A DNA stretch of 39,704 nucleotides from Shigella phage ESh12. The position numbers and the translations under genes were made by a program. The notes beneath the pieces are model-generated. The model did not search any database and had not been told where the DNA came from. It was given only the letters and a program-made list of their open reading frames with translations. The DNA lies in sequence record ON528724; one strand, 5' to 3'. Shown piece after piece: positions 20,318 to 28,303 of the stretch; the first letter of the stretch is position 1, and each line of letters begins with the position of its first letter.

Positions 20318-22279
20318 ATGGCTACAACTATTAAGACCGTGATGACTTACCCGCTGGATGGCTCCACTACGGACTTCAATATTCCGTTTGAGTATCTGGC
20401 TCGTAAGTTCGTCCGAGTGACACTTATCGGCGTTGACCGAAAGGAACTCATCTTGAATCAAGACTATCGTTTTGCGACTAAGACCACAATCTCCACAACG
20501 AGAGCATTGGGGCCAGCGGACGGTTATACTTTGATTGAAATCCGTCGATTCACCTCCACTACAGATCGTCTGGTTGACTTTACCGACGGCTCTATCCTGC
20601 GGGCATATGATTTGAACATATCTCAGGTTCAGACCCTTCACGTTGCTGAGGAAGCCCGTGACCTTACCGCTGATACAATTGGCGTTAACAATGATGGGAA
20701 CTTGGATGCTCGTGGTCGTCGTATCGTTAACGTTGCGGATGCGCAAGATGTAGGTGATGCAGTCAACTTAGGTCAAATCCAACGGTGGAACGACTCTGCG
20801 TTGAACTCTGCGAATCGAGCGAAACAGGAAGCTGACCGTGCGACCGCTCGTGCAAACGATGCGAACAACTCTGCGAACGCATCTGCAAGCTCTGCAAGCT
20901 CTTCTGCTGGGTCTGCTGAGGTGGCGAAACGATGGGCTACCAGTGATACAGTAGTTGAGAGTGACCTTGAGTCTTCTCGAACCTACGCGCTTCACTCCAT
21001 GTTATATCGGAATGAGGCTAAAGGTGCAGCCGACAGCGCAAAAACTTCTGAGGCCAATGCGAAGGCTTCCGAAAGTAACGCGAAGAACTCTGAGACCAAC
21101 GCTAAGTCCTCTGAGGTCAAAGCCAAGGCTTCTGAGGAACGAGCCATTGAGGAAGCCAGTAAGTTGGGCAATATGAATGACTTCGCGGCTGCGATTGATA
21201 GTGTGGATGGTAATCATGTGAATATGAAGGGAAACATTAAAACTCCCGGTAATATCACAGGTGGTGGCCTAATCGCTACCGGAGATGCCCGCGTTACCGG
21301 TACGATTGCTGCTGGTGAGTTCAGCACGCTAGGTAAGGAGGTCACTATAAATCAACGAACTAGTGACTGGCGTGTTCCACTGTATACATGGAAAGCCCTA
21401 AACTTACGTAACGACCTAGTTCAAGAGTTGCGCGATAATGGCGGCTCTGATCACTATAACCATTTATACCGCCTTCATATAGACAACCGACCTGTCCATG
21501 TAGGTAATAGGCAAGGATTACATATAGGGTGGAATGAGAATACCAACGGTGAATCTAACTTCATCAACAACCGTGGTGGCGGCGGTGGTGGTTTCATCTT
21601 CCGAACGGTGAACAATGAGAACACTGTAGAGACTGGAAGGGTGACTTTCACCGGAGGTGGTCAGGTTCACGCCAACCACTTCCAAGCCGCCAACGGTGCC
21701 CGAATTGAGGCGAACAACAACATCGTTGGTCAGAACCTCTACGCAGGAATGGGCAACGCGGCACTTGGCCCGGATGGGAACCTTAGCGGTGGCGTATGGA
21801 GTGGAGTAGGTGGCTCTTTATGGTCTTGCTTGAATGACCGATACCAGTTCGCCAAGCCTCCTGCTGGGGTTAGACTGTACACCGCCCGTGGTGGAGACTA
21901 CCTAGAGGGTAACGTTGATGGTAACTCAGTTGGTTTCCGCTGGTTCCTGTCTGACAGAAGGCTTAAAGAGAACCTCAAGGTTGTTCGCTCTGCTGATGAT
22001 ATGCTCAATATTATCCGCTCATATATTCCGGTTTCCTACAAATATAAGGACTCTGAGTACGTTGACAACCGTGGGAAGACTGTTACTATCACTGGTAAGA
22101 ACTCTCGTGCTGGTTTCATTACTCAGGACTTGATTCGAATCTGGCCAGAAGCGGTTGACGTAATGTCAGATGGGATGCAGTCTCCAGACCCTAACCAGAT
22201 TATTGGCGGACTGATGCTGCTTGTTAAGAACCTAGATGAACGTGTTCAGGCGCTTGAATCGAAGAGCACGACAGACTAA
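20318..22279 (+). CDS. 17: Tail fiber protein gp17 with C-terminal extension carrying a chaperone-like autoprocessing motif
   Basis: ATG at 20318 after AAGGAGG (the upstream start at 20219 in the ORF track runs over the promoter); conserved N-terminal tail-attachment domain MATTIKTVMTYPLDGS...; 653 aa; C-terminal SDRRLKENL motif. Confidence 0.9.
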   Translation: MATTIKTVMTYPLDGSTTDFNIPFEYLARKFVRVTLIGVDRKELILNQDYRFATKTTISTTRALGPADGYTLIEIRRFTSTTDRLVDFTDGSILRAYDLNISQVQTLHVAEEARDLTADTIGVNNDGNLDARGRRIVNVADAQDVGDAVNLGQIQRWNDSALNSANRAKQEADRATARANDANNSANASASSASSSAGSAEVAKRWATSDTVVESDLESSRTYALHSMLYRNEAKGAADSAKTSEANAKASESNAKNSETNAKSSEVKAKASEERAIEEASKLGNMNDFAAAIDSVDGNHVNMKGNIKTPGNITGGGLIATGDARVTGTIAAGEFSTLGKEVTINQRTSDWRVPLYTWKALNLRNDLVQELRDNGGSDHYNHLYRLHIDNRPVHVGNRQGLHIGWNENTNGESNFINNRGGGGGGFIFRTVNNENTVETGRVTFTGGGQVHANHFQAANGARIEANNNIVGQNLYAGMGNAALGPDGNLSGGVWSGVGGSLWSCLNDRYQFAKPPAGVRLYTARGGDYLEGNVDGNSVGFRWFLSDRRLKENLKVVRSADDMLNIIRSYIPVSYKYKDSEYVDNRGKTVTITGKNSRAGFITQDLIRIWPEAVDVMSDGMQSPDPNQIIGGLMLLVKNLDERVQALESKSTTD

Positions 22280-22290
22280 GGAGGTGTTAA

Positions 22291-22494
22291 ATGTTATCCT
22301 TCGACTTCAACAATGAGGTCGTTAAGGCTGCGCCTATTGTTGGCACAGGGGTCGCTGATGGGGCGGCCCGACTCTTTTGGGGACTATCGTTAAACGAATG
22401 GTTCTACGTTGCAGCTATCGCCTACACAGTGGTTCAGATTGGTGCCAAGGTAGTCGATAAGATGATTGACTGGAAACGTGCAAACAAGGAGTAA
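22291..22494 (+). CDS. 17.5: Holin gp17.5
   Basis: 67 aa, same length as T7 holin (from memory), one hydrophobic segment, charged C-terminus. Confidence 0.8.
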   Translation: MLSFDFNNEVVKAAPIVGTGVADGAARLFWGLSLNEWFYVAAIAYTVVQIGAKVVDKMIDWKRANKE

Positions 22495-22497
22495 CCT

Positions 22498-22764
22498 ATG
22501 AGCGACAAGACTTTAATCAAGCTGCTGGAGATGCTAGACACGGAGATGGCACAGCGTATGCTTGCTGACCTCCAGAGCGAGGAACGCCGAACGCCGCAGC
22601 TTTACAACGCAATCGGCAAACTGTTAGACCGCCATAAGTTCCAAATCAGTAAGCTGACCCCGGATGAGAACATCCTTGGCGGTCTCGCGGCTGGTCTGGA
22701 AGACTACAACAAAGTGGTCGGCCCTAATGGTCTGACTGATGATGAGACTATCACGCTACAGTAA
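22498..22764 (+). CDS. 18: Terminase small subunit gp18
   Basis: 88 aa, syntenic, similar to T7 gp18. Confidence 0.85.
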   Translation: MSDKTLIKLLEMLDTEMAQRMLADLQSEERRTPQLYNAIGKLLDRHKFQISKLTPDENILGGLAAGLEDYNKVVGPNGLTDDETITLQ

Positions 22765-22767
22765 GTG

Positions 22768-22810
22768 ACATACTCAAGGTTCTCCACGCGGGGAGCCTTT
22801 ATGGATGTTA
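22768..22810 (+). promoter_or_regulatory. RNase III-type hairpin (R18.5 position)
   Basis: ACTCAAGGTTCTCCACGCGGGGAGCCTTTATGGAT. Confidence 0.5.
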
Positions 22811-22853
22811 TTTGGTGCATCTACGTGAAATCTGAAAATTGATGGGAGGTGTT

Positions 22854-23306
22854 ATGCTAAAACTTTTACGCAGCGCACTCCCTTGGGTACTCGCCGGGAC
22901 ACTCTTTATGGGTGGCTGGCACTTAGGGTCAACCCATGAGAGAGCAAACTGGAAGGAGGTAATCCAAAATGAATACATTGCGAAAACAAAAGCAACCGCA
23001 GCAACTCAGGCAGAGGTCAGTCGGGTATCCCGTGAGTACCAAGAAGAGGTTGCAGCCATTGAGGGCAGCACTGATAGGATGCTTAATGACCTGCGTAGTA
23101 ATAATAAGCGGCTGTCAGTCCGCATCAAAACCCTTACCGGACTACCAGAAGATAACGGTAGATGCGAGTTTAATGGTCGAGCCGAACTACACGAGTCAGA
23201 TGCTAAGCGTATTATCGGAATAACCCAAGCTGCTGATGCTCACGTAAGAGCGCTCCAGCGTACTATTAAGGAGATGCAGAATGAGCGACACCCAAGCAAA
23301 CCGTAA
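22854..23306 (+). CDS. 18.5: i-spanin (Rz-like) gp18.5
   Basis: ATG at 22854 after GGGAGG; N-terminal TM segment [17 protein letters not shown], coiled-coil periplasmic domain; similar to T7 gp18.5. Confidence 0.8.
   Translation: MLKLLRSALPWVLAGTLFMGGWHLGSTHERANWKEVIQNEYIAKTKATAATQAEVSRVSREYQEEVAAIEGSTDRMLNDLRSNNKRLSVRIKTLTGLPEDNGRCEFNGRAELHESDAKRIIGITQAADAHVRALQRTIKEMQNERHPSKP
22969..23223 (+). CDS. 18.7: o-spanin (Rz1-like lipoprotein) gp18.7, nested in 18.5 in +1 frame
   Basis: RBS GGAAGGAGG; lipobox-like signal [15 protein letters not shown]; Pro-rich mature part. Confidence 0.75.
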   Translation: MNTLRKQKQPQQLRQRSVGYPVSTKKRLQPLRAALIGCLMTCVVIISGCQSASKPLPDYQKITVDASLMVEPNYTSQMLSVLSE

Positions 23307-25044
23307 TGCGCTAATCATCGCGCAGCTTAAGGGTGACTTCGTGGCCTTCCTGTTCGTATTGTGGAAGGCTTTGGCTCTCCCGCCGCCGACTAAGTGTCAG
23401 ATTGATATGGCCCGGTGTCTGGCTAACGGAGACAACAAGAAGTTTATCCTACAGGCTTTCCGTGGTATCGGTAAGTCATTCATCACCTGTGCGTTCGTTG
23501 TGTGGACGTTATGGCGTGACCCTCAGTTGAAGATACTAATTGTCTCTGCATCCAAAGAACGTGCGGACGCTAACTCCATCTTCATCAAGAACATCATTGA
23601 CCTGCTGCCCTTCTTGGCTGAGTTAAAGCCTCGCCCCGGTCAGCGTGACTCTGTGATTAGTTTCGATGTTGGCCCTGCCAAGCCTGACCACTCTCCGTCT
23701 GTGAAGTCGGTGGGTATCACTGGTCAGTTGACTGGTAGCCGTGCTGATATCATCATAGCGGATGACGTTGAGATTCCGTCTAACTCCGCAACTCAAGGTG
23801 CCCGTGAGAAGCTGTGGACTCTGGTGCAGGAATTTGCTGCGCTTCTGAAACCACTGCCAACTTCTCGCGTTATCTACCTTGGCACGCCTCAAACCGAAAT
23901 GACCTTGTACAAGGAACTCGAAGATAACCGTGGGTACACCACAATCATCTGGCCTGCGCTCTATCCGCGTAGTCGTGAGGAAGACTTGTACTATGGCGAC
24001 CGTCTGGCCCCGATGCTCCGCGAAGAGTTCAACGATGGGTTCGAGATGCTCCAAGGTCAACCGACTGACCCCGTGCGCTTCGATATGGAAGACCTCCGGG
24101 AGCGTGAGTTGGAATACGGTAAGGCTGGCTTCACTTTGCAGTTCATGCTCAACCCGAACCTTAGTGATGCCGAGAAGTACCCCTTACGCCTCCGTGACGC
24201 TATCGTGTGCGGTCTGGACTTCGAGAAAGCCCCAATGCATTACCAGTGGCTTCCGAACCGTCAGAATCGCAATGAAGAGCTTCCTAACGTGGGACTTAAG
24301 GGTGATGATATCCATAGCTATCATTCGTGCAGCCAGAACACTGGACAGTACCAGCAACGCATCCTCGTGATTGACCCAAGTGGTCGCGGTAAGGATGAGA
24401 CAGGTTACGCAGTGTTGTTCACCCTGAATGGCTACATCTATCTGATGGAAGCTGGCGGGTTCCGCGATGGTTACTCCGACAAGACCCTTGAGTCCCTCGC
24501 TAAGAAAGCGAAGCAGTGGAAGGTTCAGACAGTGGTCTTCGAGAGTAACTTCGGGGATGGTATGTTTGGTAAGGTATTCAGCCCGGTTCTCCTGAAACAC
24601 CATGCAGCGCAGCTTGAAGAGATTCGTGCTCGTGGTATGAAGGAACTACGCATTTGTGATACGCTGGAACCTGTACTCTCTACGCACCGCCTTGTGATTC
24701 GTGACGAGGTGATTCGTGAGGACTACCAGACTGCCCGTGACGCTGATGGCAAGCACGACGTTCGCTATTCGCTGTTCTACCAGTTGACCCGTATGGCTCG
24801 TGAGAAGGGCGCTGTGGCCCACGATGACCGACTTGATGCATTAGCATTGGGTGTGGAGTTCTTACGCTCTACGATGGAACTGGACGCCGTGAAGGTGGAG
24901 GCTGAGGTGCTTGAGGCGTTCTTAGAGGAACACATGGAGCACCCAATCCATTCGGCTGGTCATGTAGTTACCTCTGTGGTTGACGGTATGGAACTCTATT
25001 GGGAGGATGACGATGTGAATAGCAACAGGTTCATTGACTGGTAG
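23281..25044 (+). CDS. 19: Terminase large subunit gp19
   Basis: 587 aa; ATPase motifs ([16 protein letters not shown]) and nuclease domain; similar to T7 gp19. Confidence 0.95.
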   Translation: MSDTQANRNALIIAQLKGDFVAFLFVLWKALALPPPTKCQIDMARCLANGDNKKFILQAFRGIGKSFITCAFVVWTLWRDPQLKILIVSASKERADANSIFIKNIIDLLPFLAELKPRPGQRDSVISFDVGPAKPDHSPSVKSVGITGQLTGSRADIIIADDVEIPSNSATQGAREKLWTLVQEFAALLKPLPTSRVIYLGTPQTEMTLYKELEDNRGYTTIIWPALYPRSREEDLYYGDRLAPMLREEFNDGFEMLQGQPTDPVRFDMEDLRERELEYGKAGFTLQFMLNPNLSDAEKYPLRLRDAIVCGLDFEKAPMHYQWLPNRQNRNEELPNVGLKGDDIHSYHSCSQNTGQYQQRILVIDPSGRGKDETGYAVLFTLNGYIYLMEAGGFRDGYSDKTLESLAKKAKQWKVQTVVFESNFGDGMFGKVFSPVLLKHHAAQLEEIRARGMKELRICDTLEPVLSTHRLVIRDEVIREDYQTARDADGKHDVRYSLFYQLTRMAREKGAVAHDDRLDALALGVEFLRSTMELDAVKVEAEVLEAFLEEHMEHPIHSAGHVVTSVVDGMELYWEDDDVNSNRFIDW

Positions 25045-25124
25045 TTATGCATATTGAGCGCATAAGGATTCAATTAGACCACGGATGGTCACTTTAAGAA
25101 ATTCCTTAAGAATCAATGAGTTTG

Positions 25125-25147
25125 AATTAACCCTCACTAAAGGGAGA
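25125..25147 (+). promoter_or_regulatory. T3-type phage RNAP promoter (phiOR, right-end replication promoter)
   Basis: Exact consensus AATTAACCCTCACTAAAGGGAGA. Confidence 0.85.
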
Positions 25148-25287
25148 GAGGGGACTTAAAGCTACTATATAGGTTAGTCATTCAGGTTATGCAATGACCC
25201 TTTATGCACTAAAAGTCTCCTCTGTGATTGGTGATATTATCATTGTATAATCACCCTACCTTAGAGCAACTGAAAGGAGGTGGCTCA

Positions 25288-25437
25288 ATGTTACGCTTGC
25301 TGATTGCCCTGCTGCGTCATAGAGTCACTTGGCGATTTCTTCTGGTACTTACTGCTGCCCTTGGGTACGCAGGTCTTACTGACCACCTCGGTCAACTGGA
25401 AGTGGCCTTTTGCTCTATACTCTCTTGTGGGGATTAA
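25288..25437 (+). CDS. 19.5: gp19.5 small membrane protein
   Basis: 49 aa MLRLLIALLRHRVTWRFLLVLTAALGYAGLTDHLGQLEVAFCSILSCGD closely matches T7 gp19.5 from memory; RBS GAAAGGAGGTG. Confidence 0.7.
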   Translation: MLRLLIALLRHRVTWRFLLVLTAALGYAGLTDHLGQLEVAFCSILSCGD

Positions 25438-25519
25438 ATTATTGTTGATGACCGACAAGCGGCTCTGAGGGATTCGTAGGTATAGTTTCACTACACCAAC
25501 TCATCCCTGTAGAGTCAAC

Positions 25520-25620
25520 CCTAAAGGTTATACCTAAAGATGCCCTGTAGTTCGTAATGGTCTTACAGGGTCTTCTGGTCTAACCTATGGTGTGGCCTTA
25601 CCTAAAGTGGTTGCCTAAAG
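25520..25620. repeat. Right-end heptamer array (CCTAAAG copies)
   Basis: CCTAAAG at 25520, 25533, 25601, 25614. Confidence 0.5.
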
Positions 25621-25659
25621 AGACCCTTTAAGAATTTACCACAAAAATCTGAATGGGTA

Positions 25660-25895
25660 TCTCACAGTTCAAGAACCCAAAGTACCCCCCCCATAGCCCT
25701 CTTAAAGCCACCTAAAGCCATCCCTACCCCTAGGGTTTAACCTTCGGTTAACCTTGGGTATCTCCTCAAGTGGCCTATAGGATAGCCTAAAGTGTTGCCT
25801 CAAGTCAATACCTAAAGTGTCGGATGGCTTAAAGAGGCCTTAAAGAGTGTCCTAGTGTACCAGTTCGATAGTACATCTCTATGTGTCCCTATCTG
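25660..25895. repeat. Terminal repeat of the mature genome (single copy here, as at a concatemer junction)
   Basis: Begins TCTCACAGTTCAAGAACCCAAAGTACCCCCCC, matching T7/T3 left-end sequence from memory; end boundary is approximate. Confidence 0.5.
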
Positions 25896-25897
25896 TT
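25891..25897 (+). promoter_or_regulatory. Concatemer-junction class II pause/termination signal for phage RNAP (ATCTGTT)
   Basis: CCCTATCTGTTA at end of terminal repeat, same context as T7 CJ signal. Confidence 0.45.
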
Positions 25898-25904
25898 AGC
25901 CATT

Positions 25905-25980
25905 CCTAAAGTAAACCCTAAAGCCACTACCTAAAGACCAGACCTAAAGCCATCACCTAAAGAGTGCCGCTATCTTAAAG
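25905..25980. repeat. Left-end heptamer array (CCTAAAG copies)
   Basis: CCTAAAG at 25905, 25917, 25930, 25943, 25956; CTTAAAG at 25974. Confidence 0.55.
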
Positions 25981-26052
25981 ACAACCAGACCGATAAGACC
26001 CATTGTTAACCTGTAGTGATGCCTTGTAGTTTCCTATAATATCCAACGTTGT

Positions 26053-26075
26053 CTGTTTACCCTCACTAAAGGGAA
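26053..26075 (+). promoter_or_regulatory. T3-type phage RNAP promoter (phiOL, left-end replication promoter)
   Basis: TGTTTACCCTCACTAAAGGGAAT followed by AT-rich tandem repeat. Confidence 0.65.
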
Positions 26076-26129
26076 TGAGGGATACCTAAAGAGGGAATAA
26101 AAGATTTAATAAAAGATTTAAATTAATGG

Positions 26130-26165
26130 TTGACTTTAAGTTACCTTTAAAGCTATTATTCATCA
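26130..26165 (+). promoter_or_regulatory. Host sigma70 early promoter (A1 position)
   Basis: -35 TTGACT at 26130, -10 TATTAT at 26154. Confidence 0.6.
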
Positions 26166-26258
26166 CGTCAACGGGACAACGGCCTTAAAGCCACTCCCTG
26201 AGATACCGGAGTCAACCGGATAAGTAGACAGCCTGATAAGTCATACGAAAAACAGGCA

Positions 26259-26294
26259 TTGACAACATGAAGTAAACGCAGTAAGATGCACAAC
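26259..26294 (+). promoter_or_regulatory. Host sigma70 early promoter A2
   Basis: TTGACAACATGAAGTAAACGCAGTAAGAT; -35 TTGACA, 17-nt spacer, -10 TAAGAT; near-identical to T7 A2 from memory. Confidence 0.85.
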
Positions 26295-26368
26295 ATAGCG
26301 TCAACCACCAAATCGGTGTCTTCTAGGTGACTTAAGCGCACCACGGCACATAAAGCGAAACAAAATGG

Positions 26369-26404
26369 TTGACAACATGAAGTAAACACGGTACGATGTA
26401 CCAC
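26369..26404 (+). promoter_or_regulatory. Host sigma70 early promoter A3
   Basis: TTGACAACATGAAGTAAACACGGTACGATGTACCACATG identical to T7 A3 from memory. Confidence 0.9.
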
Positions 26405-26599
26405 ATGAAAGACACCGAGTGTCGTAGGTGTAAAAACGCGACATAGTGGATAGATGGCGAAAGCACAAGCGACCACGATAATAAAGAGCTTGTCGCACTT
26501 ATAACGCAAGTGATGGCTAACACTGAAATAGCCTCGGCTCGACGAAACTGTAGCCTAAAGTTCTTTAACAATCTGGATAATAGCTCTTGAGTGTACCGA

Positions 26600-26660
26600 T
26601 GTATAAGCGAATAACTCAAGGTCGCACTGAAAGCGTGGCCTTTATGATATTCACTTAACA
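26600..26660 (+). promoter_or_regulatory. RNase III-type hairpin (R0.3 position)
   Basis: TAGCTCTTGAGTG...AACTCAAGGTCGCACTGAAAGCGTGGCCTTTATGATATTCACT. Confidence 0.6.
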
Positions 26661-26684
26661 CGAACTAACATGAGGTAATACCAA

Positions 26685-27143
26685 ATGATTTTCACTAAAG
26701 AGCCTGCTAACGTCTTCTATGTACTGGTGTCAGCTTTCCGTTCTAACCTTGATGATGAGGTGAACATGAGTCGCCACCGCCACATGGTGAGCGAATTACG
26801 TGCCGCACCGGGCATCTACGGCGAACTTGAGTCTACCGATTTGACCGGGTGCTATCGTGAGGCAATCGCAAGCGCACCGACTGAGGAAAAAACGGTTCGT
26901 GTACGCTGCAAGGACAAGGCGCAGGCACTCAATGTTGCACGCTTAGCTTGCAATGAGTATGAGCAAGATTGCGTACTGGTATACAAATCACAGACTCACA
27001 CAGCGGGATTGGTGTACGCTAAAGGTATCGACGGGTATAAGGCTGAACGTCTGCCGGGTAGCTTCCAAGAGGTGCCTAAAGGCGCACCACTGAAAGGGTG
27101 CTTTACGATTGACGAGTTCGGACGCCGCTGGCAAGTGCAGTAA
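26685..27143 (+). CDS. 0.3: gp0.3 S-adenosylmethionine-degrading enzyme (T3 SAMase, anti-restriction)
   Basis: 152 aa, first gene after A1-A3 and R0.3; recognised as the T3 0.3 protein from memory (MIFTKEPA...GRRWQVQ). Confidence 0.85.
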   Translation: MIFTKEPANVFYVLVSAFRSNLDDEVNMSRHRHMVSELRAAPGIYGELESTDLTGCYREAIASAPTEEKTVRVRCKDKAQALNVARLACNEYEQDCVLVYKSQTHTAGLVYAKGIDGYKAERLPGSFQEVPKGAPLKGCFTIDEFGRRWQVQ

Positions 27144-27145
27144 GT

Positions 27146-27195
27146 GTTAAACTCAAGGTCGCTCCATGCGAGTGGCCTTTATGATTATCACTTAA
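27146..27195 (+). promoter_or_regulatory. RNase III-type hairpin
   Basis: AAACTCAAGGTCGCTCCATGCGAGTGGCCTTTATGATTATCA. Confidence 0.55.
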
Positions 27196-27214
27196 CTATC
27201 AAAGGAAGTACACC

Positions 27215-27499
27215 ATGCGCTTAAGTAAAGATACAGCGGTAGCTCTGAGGTCAGCAATTGAATCCAGAGCCGCACACAACGATGGAGGTCTTGCGGATGT
27301 TGCACGGGCTTACAAGGAGAAAGGCCTAACATTCCGTAGATTCATGTGGGACTGTTATCACGCAGTGGGCTTTAAAGAGACCACCAGAATCATATCAGAG
27401 CACAACACGGTGACAGTGATTGGTGGGCATATAACAGACGTCAATGATTCGCACATCGAAACTATGCTCAAGGTTGCACTGAAAGACATGGCTTATTAG
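27215..27499 (+). CDS. Early hypothetical protein
   Basis: 94-aa ORF, ATG after AAAGGAAG; no recognisable motif. Confidence 0.5.
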   Translation: MRLSKDTAVALRSAIESRAAHNDGGLADVARAYKEKGLTFRRFMWDCYHAVGFKETTRIISEHNTVTVIGGHITDVNDSHIETMLKVALKDMAY

Positions 27500-27502
27500 T
27501 GA

Positions 27503-27550
27503 TTAACTACAGGTCGGTAGCTCGTAGCGGCCTGAATGATAATTACTAAA
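27503..27550 (+). promoter_or_regulatory. RNase III-type hairpin variant
   Basis: AACTACAGGTCGGTAGCTCGTAGCGGCCTGAATGATAATTAC. Confidence 0.4.
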
Positions 27551-27570
27551 CAACCTGAGAGGATATAACC

Positions 27571-27726
27571 ATGAAACGATACGCCATCCTTATTCCCGGC
27601 TGGTGCTACTCAATGACATGCTATGGGTACAACGAAAGGGACGCTCGTGCACGCTTTAGAGACCAACAAGGCTTTGGCAAGCGTTTACCTAATGGAACGG
27701 CTGTATGGGAGTTATGTAATGAGTAA
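27571..27726 (+). CDS. Early small hypothetical protein (51 aa)
   Basis: ATG after GAGAGGA; stop overlaps next ORF start; below ORF-track cutoff. Confidence 0.35.
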   Translation: MKRYAILIPGWCYSMTCYGYNERDARARFRDQQGFGKRLPNGTAVWELCNE

Positions 27727-27919
27727 ACTTCTGGCAACATCTAAAATAGAAGGCCAATGCACTGTAACACTGCGTGAGTATTACCACGGGTCAATGGGAA
27801 GCACCTACGTTGTGCGATACGGTAAACAGGTAACACATTGGGTAAACCCGATTTTAGCACAAGAGGATTATCAAGCCTGTGTGATACACCAAGCAACATG
27901 TGCGGGCTGGAATGATTGA
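27719..27919 (+). CDS. Early small hypothetical protein (66 aa)
   Basis: ATG at 27719 after GGGAG; 4 Cys; ORF track shows longer version from an upstream alternative start. Confidence 0.4.
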   Translation: MSKLLATSKIEGQCTVTLREYYHGSMGSTYVVRYGKQVTHWVNPILAQEDYQACVIHQATCAGWND

Positions 27920-27960
27920 TAACGCGATTTGCAATCACTGGGCAACAGACTTCAAGTCTA

Positions 27961-28010
27961 TCAAGTGTTAAACTCAAGGTCGCTCCATACGAGTGGCCTT
28001 TATGATTAAC
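27961..28010 (+). promoter_or_regulatory. RNase III-type hairpin
   Basis: TAAACTCAAGGTCGCTCCATACGAGTGGCCTTTATGATTAAC. Confidence 0.55.
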
Positions 28011-28105
28011 ATTACAGGAGAGCATGATATGTTCGAGAAGGTTGTGAACTGGTCTATCGGGCCGATTATCATCTTAATCATTATGAACAACTTAGGGTAT
28101 TTCTC

Positions 28106-28303
28106 ATGATGGCAGCACTAATCGCACTGGTCTATCTGTGCATCGCAATGTACTTTATGCGAGACTTTAAGCGCGGTCTGGCAATACACAAGGCAACACT
28201 GAGTTACTTTAAGTGGGGATTCATCCCACGGTTTACGGTTCGTGAACGCAACGGACGCTTTAAGGCCAACAAGGTGGGAGTATTCTACATTGCAACCCAT
28301 TAA
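28106..28303 (+). CDS. Early small membrane protein (65 aa)
   Basis: Hydrophobic N-terminus MMAALIALVYLCIAMYFM then basic tail; preceded by a 26-codon hydrophobic mini-ORF at 28029..28109. Confidence 0.35.
   Translation: MMAALIALVYLCIAMYFMRDFKRGLAIHKATLSYFKWGFIPRFTVRERNGRFKANKVGVFYIATH

Noticed and set aside
23930-24370. 146-codon + strand ORF embedded in the terminase gene in another frame; similar embedded ORFs at 1894..2268, 11427..11753 and 17720..18007
   Set aside because: No RBS, unusual composition (Arg/Ser/Cys-rich), and they lie inside strongly conserved genes. The T7 embedded genes 19.2/19.3 sit nearer the 3 prime end of gene 19, where I find no ORF.
25520-25980. Array of short CCTAAAG repeats considered as a possible CRISPR array
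   Set aside because: Units are 7 bp with irregular 5-15 bp spacing, no 25-40 bp repeats, no cas genes. This is the T7-family terminal heptamer array.
26168-26661. Minus-strand ORFs of 65-113 codons across the A1-A3 promoter region
   Set aside because: The region is a conserved non-coding promoter cluster near-identical to T7 A2/A3; frames are antisense and lack start context.
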